NCBI GenBank assembly: GCA_030141605.1
Contig: JAQGDQ010000448.1
Span: forward strand, 124,001-188,000
DNA from: Tubiluchus corallicola
Lineage: Eukaryota > Animalia > Priapulida
Direction: 5' to 3'
Length of the DNA stretch: 64,000 nt
This document shows, piece after piece, positions 1 to 15,000 of the stretch. Within the stretch, counting starts at the first letter, position 1. Every line of letters starts with the position of its first letter. The position numbers were made by a program, and so were the translations under genes. The notes under the pieces are model-generated. The model did not search any database. It was given only the letters and a program-made list of their open reading frames with translations, and was not told where the DNA came from.

Positions 1-52
1 ATAGAAACCTTTCATAAACTATTGTTTTCTTTAGTATATTGGTTTTTTCTAG

Positions 53-3000
53 GATTGCAGATTATTTTCACACTCGATGAAGTGGCCTTGATACAAAACC
101 TCGTCTTTTACATTGAAGCTGCATATCGCATCCCTGACTATGGAATTTGGGAGAGGGGTGATAAAACCAATCATGGCCTGCCAGAGCTCAATGCTAGTTC
201 TATAGGAATGGCTAAAGTAAGGCTTTAATTGTGTAGTGCTATTGGCAAGTAAGTCATCCACTGCATTATAAGTTTGGCTTGCCTGTATGCTTTCATTGTC
301 AAAGATATTATCCTGTTTTTGCTGTTCAATTGTAAAACAATAATTTGTGTGGCTTTATAAGTAAAACTATAATTTCTTGAGAATAAATGAATTGAATTAT
401 CATTTGCAAAAATGTTTTATCTATTGTCTGCATTCATTTTGTGTTGCAGTCATTGGTAGTTTTTAATAATTTTGTTCATTAACCCATTTGCAGTTTTTTG
501 CTCTCATAGCATACTGCTAATGTAAGCCATCGGATAATGGTACATTTAATTTACCAATTTACTGTCAAAATTATACATACTTGTGTAGCTGCGTCTCTTT
601 AGTTAATTTTCATCTAAATGCCTTGTTGGAAGTCTCATAGTATTTACTTAAAGACTTTGTGACTCCTGTGTCACTTGTTTTTTGCTTTCAATATTTTGCT
701 GATGTGTCAACATTTAAACACATGTAAAGAACAAATTTTGTAAACTTAACAACAAAAGATATGAAGATATCCTATTTTTTCACGTTTCTAAAATCTGAAA
801 CTACGTGAGTTTAATAACTAAAATCATGTTTTAGGCTGCTCTAGAATCTATCAATGACATGGATTTGTTCGGCGCACGTGGAGGACCTGCATCTGTCATT
901 CACGTTCTTGCAGATGAGACTCAACATTGCCAGGCTGTGTTAGAATCTATGTTGCCCAGAGAATCGAATTCTAAAGTACTTTTGTCTGTTTAGTTTTCGT
1001 ATTAATTTATAGTTGCTACATGTTTTGGGACAGCTTATAGACAAAGTAAAATTTAGTAATTGAAAGTCATTTTGAAGGTGAAGTTTACTGTTATATGAAG
1101 AGACCAAAGGTGATTAACTTCGTATATTTAGGAAGTTGATGCGGCATTGCTTGGTGTTGTTAGCTTTCCTGCTTTTGCTGTCGAAGATACAGATTTAATT
1201 GTGCACACAAAAGAAGAAATTATCAAAAAGTTACAGGTATTTATTGGACTTTTTATCTATATTTTTTTCTAACTTAAAAGGTATTTGAATAATTATATAG
1301 AAAATGCTAACAAATAAAAGCAAATTGGCCTAATTTAACCTTTCGCTTGAAATCAGTCTGACACTGTATTGCATAGTCTGGACTATGGATAACAAAAAAT
1401 ACGCAAGTGATTATGTTTCGCAGTATACTTTATTTAACTAAATGTAGTTGCGTTTGCTAACAAACAAATGTATTTTAATATATGAAAGAAATGATGACCT
1501 AATATGATATATGGTAAATAATGACCTAAAATTTTAGGGCCGATACGGATGCAGGCGATTTCTTAGAGATGGGTATAAGACAGCTAGAGAGGTACTGTAA
1601 AGCATTCTTTGTAATTTTTTGAAATTTTTCGCTTTTTTACTTTTGTTATTATTTTGTGATAAGATAGATGAATGCATCATTAGTTTTTCAAAAATGCTTA
1701 GATGATAGTAAATTATGTTTTCTTGAATATATTTCGGTATCACGTTATTTTTGTATTGTGTAATGGCTATGATAATTTGTATATGTTTGCTACATAATTT
1801 GAAAAATAATTTTGGAAATTTTTTCTCCATTAGTTTGCTGAATGTGAAAAAAGCTTTTATAGGATGTGCTGTGAAGTTTAGTGTTTTCTATTTATCCTAT
1901 CATCCTTTATTTATTTTGCCATACCATGCCTGGCACAATTATCTTTTCATATCGGTTGTCAAAAAATTTTGTTTTAAATTTTGTGTTAACCAGTAACTAG
2001 TAGAAATACTTTTCTATAAATTAGCTAAGTTTGCACTATTTGCTGAAGTCTATAACATAACCAAATGTTACCATCGGTTATACACAGTGCCGGATTATGA
2101 TCTTTTGGGGTCCATACGCTAATGAAATTATAGACCTCACATCAGACGGAGCCACCCTGTAACTCGCCCGTGCCCCGTCTTGAATATTTTTTACTCGTGA
2201 TATATTTTAGCAACATTTACATAGCCTCAAGTAAACTTATTACAAATTCTTTAAATAAACTAGAACAGCTAGTTTTGTTTGTCAATAAAAATATTCTTTG
2301 AGATATATCACCATTTATTGCAAACCAAATCATCACATTTCAACACAACTGTAGTGAGAAAACTGATTTTTTTTACCAAATGTTATGAAAGTCTGAGGGC
2401 CCCCAAGCTAAAGTGACCCTAGGTTGTAATCTATACTAGCCTATAGGATATATCAGCCCTGGTTATACAGTTTTAATTTTCAACCAACCAACAATTCCTT
2501 TTCCTTATTTGCGACATTGTACACATCCATTTGCCAGAAAATTTTGAGCGGTGATGTGTTACTATTTCAGGATCCACATCGCTTGCATTATGAGCCATGG
2601 GAATTACATGTGTTTGAGAATATTGAATGCGAATGGCCATTATTCTTCTGCTACTTACTACTAGACAGTCTTTTCAGGGGCGACAAGGAAATGGTAACGT
2701 CAGAAATTTTTAATTCGTTTTTAATTTTTAATGACAAAGACTTCCTCAGTTCATGAATGTCACTACACATCACGTCATTTACCAATTTTATGGGATAAAT
2801 TTACAGTGTAATTAAAATCCATATCATTTTGGTGTAACATTAATTTATTATTTGTTCTCAGTATGCCTAGCATTAGTTTCTGTGATAATTTTGAGAAATG
2901 TTTAAAAATACCATAGTTCTGCATTCAACATTCAAGGTTCTGATTTCAAGCTTCACTTTGGTCATAAATTAATTTTGTTTTAATACTTCAGGCTGAAGAA

Positions 3001-6000
3001 TATTTTGAAGCTTTGGAAGAATTGGTTATTGTATCAGATAGTGGGATGAAATTATTACCTGAGATGTATGCTGTTCCACCAGATAAGGTAAATCGTTTAT
3101 TATAGTTTCACTGTTTTTTTTTTACTTTAAGTTAGATACGATTATTACTAAAGACATTGCTCTGCATTTATTTTCTATTTAGGTGGAAAATGAGAAAAAC
3201 GATCCACATAGTGAGCCCAGGATTGCTGTTGGGAAGATACCGCAAATGTGGGGTCAGTCTTTGTACATAACCAGCTGTCTGTTAAAAGAAGGCTTTATAG
3301 CTGTTGGCGAGATTGACCCCATGAATCGTCGTTTAGTTACAGAAAAAAAACCGGACTTGGTCGTGCAAGGTATGATGCTAGTATTGCCAGAAAAGAAAAA
3401 CGAATTTATTGTAGAGTTGTTTGTTTACTTGTAGAATTTAGATATTTTTTGTGCAGGCAGAGGTAATTCAATTAACATTTTGTGGCCAAAATTAAAAACT
3501 TTGCATAGATGGTGAAACTTGTTTATCCTACAGGTATTTTTTGATGTAATGACAGCTAAAAACCACTAGCTTCTCAGTCTAACAGTTTGCACATGTTTTT
3601 ATTTGTCCATGTGTTTATTTCAGTTGTTATCCTGGCAGAGGATCGGACAATACAAGCAAAATTAAAAGAATACGACTTTGATGTTGACTGTGCGGAGGAC
3701 GTTAAGCCTATTGAAGTCCTTCCAGCGAGGATACTCAGTGAAATATATGCACAACTAGGTGCAGTATTAGTACTGTGTACTATATTTTAGTGCTGTAGAC
3801 TATTATATATAATATGCTATGAATATACTATGTATATTATATAACATGTATAATATATGTATATTATTTTGTATTAGGTGCAGTATTATTTATCTGTATC
3901 ATTATTTAAGGTTTATAAATTGCTCATTCCATTAGGACAGTGAAACATTAGCTAAGTAACTGTATCAATGTTGGTCACAGATATTTTTAAAAGCTTATTT
4001 CATTTGCTCTAGGTAAAAATAAAAAGCTTGGTTTATCTGGTCGTCCATCACATGATGTAGGATTGCTGAGTACTAGTAAACTCTATATGTTAAAAGATAG
4101 GATATTTGCGTTTACTCCTCAGGTAAGGAATCATATGTATGTAGTTGTAATAAAATTGAAGTATAGTATAATTCTATATGTATATGACTGTGTTTAGGGC
4201 AGTGTAGTAACAGAGATACCCACACTACAGGCAATTAGTAGTGATGTAACTGTAGTCTGTTCGTAACTAAATTTGGGTCATTGATATGTTTAATGAGTTG
4301 TATACACCAATTTGTTTCATGTAATACTAACTACTTAAGTTACAGGGGCACTTGTTAAAAATATAAAAAAATACTGAGTTGAGTTTTAATGATAAAAGGT
4401 AATTAATCCCTGATCTATCCTTGTAACAAATGGCCAGCAATTAAGTTACTTATTAAATACCAGTTGATAGAGTGATACATACCTAAGATATAGCCTTGTT
4501 TTTAGAAGTAGGCCTCATTTAAAAATTGTGGCCTTTGTTTCACATGCACTTTTTTGTAGCGTGTGAATATCTTATGGTGAGAACAACAAGTTTGTTGAGG
4601 ACAACATGTTTGTTATGGGCATTTGAAAGCATACCCCTTTATAGTACATGAATAAGTTAATACAAGAAAAGAAACTAAGAAGTAATGTTGAGCACTTTGC
4701 AGTTAAAACACAGAAAACTACATAAATGCAGTTAGTTTTCATAAAGCTCAAAAACATTGCTAATAGGTTTCTCTAGGTGTTTTTACGGTACTTTTTTTAA
4801 GTCGTGCATTAGCACCTGTTAAGAGGGATATTTTAGTATTGCTAGGTACCAAAATGGTTTTGAGCTACAGATCTTATCTGATGCTAATTTGGGAACATGA
4901 ATATGTATTTTTTATATTGCATGAGAGTTAATTTATTTCTAGTACTTTGATCGCAGTAAATTCTACATATCTAGCGATGTCCTTCTGCTGCTGGACATGC
5001 TTCGAACTGACCTTTGGTACTTAAAGAGCTCGTGGCGGCAGCTCGGTCGACCACTTGTCCTTATACCACTTACCAAAATCATGCTAGGTGTGTTTTTTAT
5101 CCTGAACTTTTTTCATTATAGTTGTCGATACAATGCAATGCAGTTTTAGTAACTGGGTTGACCACTACTAACTGTCTTACTTTTGCAGTGTGTTAGCTAA
5201 TCTGTAGATACTGGTAAGGCATGAACTCATAAGCAATTACACAGTTATATTACACCTTTGTGTGTGCCTTTTTTAAAACCGCACAAATTTATTACTCTGA
5301 ATTTACTTTTCACTACAAACGAATCTTAGATTTCACGTACCCTTCATCGAGATAATAGCATTACATTTGCAACATACAGCTTAGACTTCACCTTGTACTA
5401 CACTGTGACATTGTTTTGCTTTTAGTTTTCAGATCCGCATGAATTCTATTTGGCTGCTGACACTAACTTACTGCTTAACATGTTTCATACTGACATAGCA
5501 TTTTTGAAAACATCCTGGAGGCAGTTAGGTCGACCCACTGTCACAATTATTCTGCATAAGCACATGTGGGGAGATATAGGTAAGAATGACCCACCTTAGT
5601 AATGCTGTTACACTTATTTACTTTTTTAATCATAACATTATATTTTCATAATTTGAATTATTCGTGATTTTGACATGAATATTCACATAAGCTGGCAATG
5701 TAGCTTATTTTAAGAAGTGTGTAGTAAAAATCACTAATACAGTTTAGTTTTGATTTTTTTGTATATCCACTCTGCTAATCAAATCTTCTCACGTGGTTTG
5801 GTCTGTTTTTGTGCATTACTACTAATTTCTAAACTAACTTTTGATGTGCTGTTGAGTTTTGTAAAAAAAAAAACTGATTCAAACATGGTTTAATGTTTCA
5901 GCCTAAATGTTTTGCATACCTCCGTTACCTAACAGTTTCAACTTATTAAACAGTTTACTATTTAGGCAGTTTGCTACTTTGAATTGTTTGCAAGGATTAC

Positions 6001-9000
6001 ACAGGATTTTCTTAAATTATCAGAAATGTGATCTGTTTCATCCACTTAAAAATATGATAGTTTTACAAGCAAATCTTTTGAAACATTGCTAAATATTAAG
6101 TTTTCTTACTTTTGTGAATATGAACAGTGCAACATTTTTGCTACATGCATATTAATAGCGTAAGTTTTTCTTTAGATTCCAAGAAGAGTTTGCCACCAGC
6201 CGTCATAGCTACAATTAAAAAGCTCAAAAGTGGTTATACAACGGGAGCTAGGTAAAATTCCTGTTGGCTTTGACTGTTGTACAAAAATAGATTAATTTTG
6301 TGTTGATTATATTTTATTATGTTGTATTAATAGATTAAATAGATTATCACACAAATAAGTACCCTATATGAGCATCATTAACATAATTGTGCCAGGTTCT
6401 GTCTGATAAACTTGAAAATATCGATGCTGTTTTTTAAGCAATGCTTAACACTAGAAAGACTGAATGTGCCAGTTGACCCATTTTTTTGCTTATATCTCTG
6501 AAGGATATGTTTGTATTTATTTATTACTTTTACTAGTTTAGTGCTAACTACTATTGTACAGAATTTCAGGACGGAAACGTTACTTTAACCTTGTTAAAAA
6601 TAGGGTACTGCCTAGATGGACCAGACAATTGACGCTGATACATATTGTACACTGTAAATTAATACAATGTACAGACATCACAGTAGTAAATGTGAATGTA
6701 AGTATGTGAATATACATAAGTGAATGTAAGTTAGCAAACTCTTTTAACATCTTACTACGAACTTCTTTGACTGACAACTCTTATGCAGGGGCGTATCAAG
6801 AGTTTACGATGCCCTGGGTTGATACTTCTGTCCCACCCATCTCAATTGTGAATTTATGGTTTTTTATTGAGCAAATTAAACAATTACTTGTGTATTAAAA
6901 AAACTCTTTACTTAGTTTCTACGTGGTCACTATTAATTACATGTATTTATACAGCTTTATCTTTAAGCAGGCTGCGCAACTGCTTGTTGTAAAAGCTGCA
7001 CTCAGTAACCGCCTGTGGTGTGTTATATACTGTACCATTTACGTGAATATGATACTTTTCCAACGAGAAAAAGAATTGTTTCTACAATGTGACGCCCTCA
7101 AACTTTGGCGCCCTAGGCTGTAGCCTAGTTAATCTATTAGTTAATGCTGTCATGGCTTGACTCAATATAGGTTCTCAAAGCATCTCAAAATCTACCATTA
7201 GATGAGTCATTATACTTGTATGTATAAATTGCTTCAATTTTTATATGGATTAATTTTCTGATGTATCGTTGAATTTTACTAAAATCTGACTGGTAAATAC
7301 CAGTTTTATTTTTGTGTAGGAATGAAATCTGTGATTGCGTCAGTTGATACATGCCTGTCCAAAGTAGTGAACTTTTCTGGTCATTTTAATGTTAACTTTA
7401 TTTAGTTTATATATAGTGCAATAATAATGGATTGTCATTAAGTAGTACTGTTGTAGTCCTGCTGCTGAGTATGATTTTATATGCATTTTGAAATTTAGGT
7501 TAATAATAATTTATATACGTACTTAAGGTAAAAATTTCTTATTAATCAGCATCAAACATTTTTTATCTTTCCTTTAGTAAGGATGATTGTAAAATGCATA
7601 CAAGATCCCAATAAAAAAGCTGGTAGTGTTTCATATGGTGGATCGTGATACAGGAATATAATGATTTATGTATTTCAATAGCAGTATTTACTGCCATATC
7701 CTTTCCATTACATTTGCCTTCTTACACCACATAAATTTTAAGTAACTATAGATCATGTTCGTATCTCACCTTTGCTGAACTCATCCGTGACCATTTATAA
7801 CTCGAAATATTGTTTTCTATTTTTTAGAGTGGAACTTGGTAAACTAACCGACTTTCTCAGCACATCGTGTGTTACACATTTGAATTTTCTTGCAAACACA
7901 GAATCCGGTGATGTAGAAGGTAATGCACTGATGAATATCTTCTCCTTCATTTAGCATCTCATATTTGTTTCCCGATGTTGTTTCCGTGTATTTATAATAA
8001 CTCGACACTGAACTTAGATAGTTTTTTTGACCTAATTATGTAATTTCTTTATGTAACCTGCATTACTTTGATGATTAAACAAGTGTTTCCAATTGGATAA
8101 TATGATGTCACCTTTACTTATGTAAAGCATGTAGTTTCCTTTTTCTCACTGGTTTAAGTATCTAGTTCTTGGTTTCTTTGAAACGGGCAACATGTTATTA
8201 ACAATGTAAAGAATTTTTTTATTATCTTGCTATAGGTACAGATGCATGTGTCTTGGATTTGCTTGACAAACTTACAAAACCTGAGCGGCATCTTCGTTCT
8301 CGGTTGCCTTCACACCAGGGCCGCAGACGAGCCCCATTTCGCCGTGAGTCATCAGTTCGTGGTATTGTGAAACGCACTAAGTCTATAGCAATAGACCCAG
8401 ATGATTCAGGTAAGTATTTATTTTAACTGTACTTTGTTAACTTAGCATGAATTATTTTATTCTCAGTTATAGCTGCTGCTGCTGTACCAAATCACTTGCT
8501 TTTATTCATGCGCTGATTACACACTCCTGCTGCAAACAATTACAGTTTTTTTGCTCAGCCGGCTTCTTCAGTAGGTGTTTTTTCGTACTTCACACATTAC
8601 CTTTTCTGAAGTGTGCAACTCATTGTGCATAATATTCTGCGTGCGAAATCGTGATAAGAGTGTAATTTTTATTTGCATAATTGAATGGCAATAATGCATG
8701 ATAAGCGGCTTTTTTAAAAACAGGAAAAATGTAGATTTCTGTTTTACCTTAATTCCATGCAACAAAGATGAGCCAATTATTTTGTAATAAGGAAAATTCG
8801 AGAAATATAAAGCAAATTTGAGTTTTACTAATATGAGCGATAGAGTTTTGTTTTATTTGGCAATGTTGATTAGATTTATGTTGGCCTTTCTCTTTCTGTT
8901 CTATCGCATTTTAATTGGAGTACCAATCATAGAAGGCACCTGGGTTATGTAACAGCTTTTCCACCTGTGCATGTATATTTCAAGATTTGAAACATTGTCA

Positions 9001-12000
9001 TGCAGAAATGTTTTAATTAATAACAGATGGATTGGTCAGTATGGAAAAGAAAATTTTGGCTGAAAAACCTCCAACAGGTTAGTCATGCGTGGGGTGCCAT
9101 AGGTTTTCTCTTCCTACGTTAATTTCTCTGAACAGAAATTTATTTATTTATTTATTTATGATTGCTGGTATCCTGTTTAACGTAATAGTAAACATGCACA
9201 TTTTATAGGAAACATCGCACAATATAGGTGATGGCACTAGTCATTTCCAATGATATTTTTCCTGAGTAGGCAAAGGGCTGAATAACAGCTGAATCTGAGC
9301 CCAAAAAATAGAAAGCAATAAAAAGTCCATTTAGCTATGGAAATACTAAATTTAACTTGATATTTAGCATTATGTTGAACAGTGTTCTCTCGGACAAACA
9401 TCAACATAATTTCTCGTATAAAAAATCAGTATATAGTTACCTTATGTAACAAACTGATATTATTTGCTTCACCGTTTTCCATTTTTTGTTGCACTAAAAA
9501 TATAACCTAAACAAATTTTCTCAAGTACATAAAGTTCTTTATGATGGCTAATCATTCTAATGAAATAATAGTATGCACTATGTTGTGATTTTAATTAACA
9601 CATTCAATAATTATTCTAATTTAACAGATCCTTCCAATGTTTTTGTAATGTCTGTGATGAATGCAATGCAATGTGTTTTTATGTGCATTTCATTAATAAT
9701 TTTAAAAGTGTAAAAGTGTGTGAGGTTTCTATTTTGTTTCACTAAACCTCAGTAGTAGTAGTGTTATAGGCTCTATGATTAATGGTATTGCTTAATTCAC
9801 AAAGAGGTCATTCCTAACACGCCCAATATGGAATTGATGTGTCCAAATATAGGTGTGCCATTTTACTTTAAAAGGCGTCCTCTAAAACATCACTGAGTAA
9901 CAATAACTATGTAACAGTTATATTGCTTATCTGGCTACTGTGCACGCCGTGCATGCGCAAGTAATGATCACATCACCTCCCTTCACTTTGTACGCTGTAC
10001 CTTCTTTGCCCCCATCCTGTTTGTTTTCTCCTTTCTCTCGTCTCTTTGGCTGTTGTCACCATGTCGCCTCACACTTGTTTCTGTTGTTTTTACTAACCGC
10101 ACTTCATTATAGGTCCAACTCGGAGACTGAAATATACTACAGAAGGTTAGTATTTGAAATTATTGGCGGAATGCTTTGTTAAATTAGGGTTAGTTGATAA
10201 TTTTCTATTCTTGATTAACCAGTTTCTGTAGATTAATTTGGCTGATTTTTATGGGGAATGTGGTAGGATGGTGCATCTTTGACAAACGTTCTTGCTGCAA
10301 ATACAGTCAGATTGTGTTTACCCACAGACAGTCAGTAACCGTTTTGGCACTTCCTTTTTCATGATTATCACAATTTTCTAACTATTCATATCTGATGCTT
10401 TTTTGTACATTTAAGGTGTATTGCCACGCAGAACATAAATTTAGTAAAATGATAAAAGACGATATGCTATTTTGTTCTCAGAGCCATAAATTCAGCAGCT
10501 TTTCACTATTGTAATATATGCAAACAGATGAGTAAAACAACTAATTAAACAGAACGAAGATTCATTAATTTTAATTTTGGTTTGCTGGTACCTTAGCTTG
10601 GCGCTTTCCTTCAGAGGTGCATTGAAAACCTAAAGATATTAAAAATGATATTGTTCTGCTAATTAATTCCTGTAACGAGTGATTTTGCTCTTGCTGTTAT
10701 GACAATCTATTGTCCGTGAAATCAACTGTAGCCTGTGCATCTTGTATCTGGTAAATGTTGATAAACATTTTCATTTAATTGACAGGCTGATCAGCTGAGG
10801 GTGGTAAGCTTTTTGTGTGTCGTTGTGGGTTAAACAGAATTTTATTGTATCTGTAGGTGTTTGAGAGTCAATTACACTAGAAAATTTGTGTAGCCTGATA
10901 GAGACTGGACTGAGGTCATTTGAATTCAGACTACAAAAAGTACATTGTTCACACAGCTCCTATTTTAAAGTGGAAAAATTAAATATAATGGCGACTGTCT
11001 GATATACCATTTTGTTTCAACTTGCAAAGTTAGTAGCCTGACAGATTAACTTTTGACGGATTACACAATACCAAAACCAGCCAACTGACCAATAATCCAT
11101 AATTAGTGATAATTGACCAAAAACATTAATAATGAATTTTATGGTTGTGTTGTCAGTAGTTTCAAAATTGGTGGTTTTTAGTATAAAATCTACAATATTT
11201 TAAAAAAGTTAGGTTATACAAAAGCTTTTATATACCTTTTCAATACATAAACGATTGTAGATTACTAATTAATAAACTGTCTCTTTTTTTATATCTTGTG
11301 AACAATGACATGATTTTAAAATGCCGTCACTTCATTTGATAGATGAGAAAAAACCCTGAAAAAATTCAGTTCTGTTATAATCAATTATTAAAATGCCTTT
11401 TCTAAATTACAAAGCATGGCATTGCAAATGTTATTCAAAATCTTTACAGCCTTTGGCTCTACTGCCAGGGTGAGTTGAAATCAGATTCAAAATTTAGGTT
11501 GCAAACTTATCAGCGGCTGGGTTTGTTTTATTAACTGTTTTTCATTCTAGTAGCTTAGGTACAATGTAGCCTAGAAGCAGCCACCAGACTGCCTGAGAAC
11601 AGTTTTGGCTAGAACCAAATTTATGTTTGTGTAAACAACTATAGAAACTTGGGCCAGTCTCTGTCTAGGTTAAATTTTCTAGCACATATTTGGTTATAAT
11701 CTTCGGTAAATGGCTGTCAAAGAAGACTATGACATGACTAAAATGGAGTTGATTGTTAATAGCTCTTGCTTGATTTATTTTTTAATGTTAAGTATTTTTG
11801 CTTGTTTTTGTGTCATATCCAAGCTTGAAAGTCCTCTGCTCTAATCATTTTCAGATTTTGCATTTTATTTGCTTTACTTATGCAAAAATTCTTTGCCTGA
11901 AATAGCTGTAATTTTAAAATGCTCATTCCTTTTTGTGTTTAACATTATATTGGACTTTTTCGTGATGTTATTTTATGTTTATCTTGCAAAAAGTGAAGAT

Positions 12001-15000
12001 ACCTACCAAAAATGTCTGTTAGGGTGATAGAAAGAAAAATAAAAATTGTGCTTTTGCATGTAGTTGTTGTTAATGCAGAAATTTTCTGAAATTTCATTTG
12101 AACTCTTCGGCTTTCTTTATCTGTAATTTGACAATAATAATTTGTTTGTTTCCAAATTCCTGGCTTTCAGTTCGAAATGAAAATGTGTCTTTAAGAATTC
12201 AGCATCGAAGCTGACGATATGCACTTTGACATTTTTCAAAATAATTTTGTAGAGATTTTTTATCTAAATACCTTTTCCAGAATATATTCAAGTGTACATA
12301 ATAAGGTTAATGGTTATAAAGAAAGCATTATATTTATAGATAGTTCATATATAGATAGTTTTGTAGAACTTAATGTGAAATGTGTTCATAGGTTAACAAT
12401 CTTGCGAATCTGCTTAAAATGCCTAAAAGGTTTTTTCAAAACATCCACATTCATTTTACGTCATTGTGTACACTGTTTACTTCTATTTGGTCTTTTCAGT
12501 TAAGGATAAGTATCAAATGTATGAAAAGATACATTTGCAAATAGTATCAAGTGACGATATAGCATACCTTGTGTTTCTTATCTATTATCTTTGTACAGAC
12601 CTGGTTGCACTCAGACAGCGATATGCAAGTGGCAGTGCACTGACAAGTACACCAATCAGCAGCACTGGTGGCAATTCATTTGATGATGACGATAAACCAC
12701 CACCTACATTTGATCTACGATCAACACGCGGCTCCATCTGTGAAGCACGGCGACAATCTTCAGATTATTATCCACATCTAGCAGCGTCTCCAAATATAGG
12801 CTCTCCAGTTAGCGGAACGCCACAGGTATTTTGTTTGTTTTATTTCAGCATACAACTGTGTTGTGCAGTACAAAGTCCATTTCAAATACGATGGACAGCG
12901 AATTAAAACCACTGAAAAAACTAAGCGTAATAATGTTTTTTTCTAACTGCTTCTATTGATAATAATTGGTATATATGTAATATATATTGCACTGATGTCA
13001 CATCAGTTAACGTGGTTGCTTCTTTTGTTGTTCTGTTACCAATTGCAAAATTTGGGAGCTTCTTGTGCCCGAGCCAAAAAAATATTGAAATTTTTGATTG
13101 CAGAACTCTGATATTGTTGCCTATTATCTGCTCATCTACAATAATTTGCTAACTTGTTGTAGATATATTAATTATAGTATGTGAAAGTGGACATTTTGCT
13201 CTTTATGTGCCATTTTGGCAGGTTTTTAAAATTGGTGTATGTAATTTTGCAATTAAAAAGCGATTTGTTTACATGGGCACAAGCCAGTATAAGTGTAGTG
13301 TTTCTGGTTAACTGATAAAACAGAGTATTGCTGCATTTGGATTTCAACACACATTTCATTTTTCTAGACTCCCCACAAGGATGTGGAGAATCTCTATCTA
13401 GGTATTAATGCAGAAGATTTATTGGACATGTTGAAAGATGCGGAAAGCCTTACTGAGCAAGCGGATATCATACACTATCTATATATCACACAGTTCGTAC
13501 TTTTAGTTGTATCGATATTTTTACCTAAACCCTAATTTTTCTAATAATTTTAATAAAATGTTAGCAATCACAATGTAGACTTATGTCTTAAATACACCAA
13601 AATTATTAGCATTAAGATGCCAAATATAAAATTCCATTTTGTTGCAAAGAAATGAAACACTGTTAAATTAGAAAAAGACTGAGGATATTCAAAGATACTT
13701 TTATATGTATAACTGCAATGCTTTGTTAATCATTAAATGAAGCTGTACGCATCCTTATCTTATTTACTCTTAATTTTACTATTAACCATTTTTGGATAAA
13801 AAATAGAATCTGGGCATCGCCTGGCATCTAGTAGTTAAGTAACTGACGTCTTTTTGCCTCGTGCTTGCATTGTAATTTTAATTGTTCACGTAAGAAAACT
13901 GATCTATATTTTGTGTTTCAGGGGTGCTGAGTGGGATACAATGATCAGTGGAAAGCCGGGTTGTAAAGTGGAAGACCTAATGCAAGAGTTATATGAAAAG
14001 GTGCACAAATTTCAAAATTTGTTTACCAATATATATTAATCCATTTAGCAGGATTGTGGGTCATAACCAGTTTCGCAGTAGGTCATTTTTCCATGTCTGA
14101 TATGTATTTCAAGCTTAATTAAAAAAAGTTACTTTGTTTAATTATACTAAGTAATTAGACGTCATCAGGTTTGACTTGGCCAGAGAACTCTCAGACTTGG
14201 CTGACATGTTACATGTGACCATCTCCTAGCCAATCATTTATATTTATCCCAATAAATAGTAAATGCAGTAACCTTCCTTAATTTTTCTTTTCTACAAATT
14301 TAATTTTGGGATAGCATTTCCTTTGAGATTTAGAATAATGAATTAATAATATATAGGAGCTTATAACCCAGTTACTGAACGTATGCCATCTTTTCTTTTA
14401 ATTTTAAAAACAATAGTGTATTGTTTTGTATACACTATACAAAAATAATACTGTCTCAATACACATTGTAAGAAAATGTAATGTATCTCAGTTGTATTTA
14501 ACACCCAACGCTACACTGGAGAATCTGAAAACTTAACTATAGCAAATCATACATTTGTTAAATATTTTTGTATCATACCTGCAATCAAACAAATATATGC
14601 AAACTGTACATTGTGCCAGCATTGCATTACTATCTTTTAAATCATCCTTCTTTAACTAATTAATTATCTAAGTAAATTATCTTACTAGTGCCAGCTGCAG
14701 AATTGCTCTAATAGCGAAAAATTTTATACTTACTGTTTGTGTTTTAGGCATGTCATGAGAAACATTGGTGGTTAGTGAGGCATACTGCTGGTGTATTAAA
14801 AAAGCGTGTTGAGGATTTGGCAAAGGTAGGAAATTTCATGGCTTGAACTATTTGTTTTTATAAGTTTTTATAGTAATCCAGGAATCTGTGATAACTTTTT
14901 TCAGATAATTCTCTCAGATGAGACATTGAAGTAGGCAGGTATTTTAATTGTGTCCATATACGTATTCGTCTTCCCCTAACAAGTTTTCTTAGTGGTCATC

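Noticed and set aside
12171-12214. Alternative terminal PHKA exon after a TTTCAG acceptor
   Set aside because: Only an acceptor and a 14-codon open stretch, which is expected by chance.
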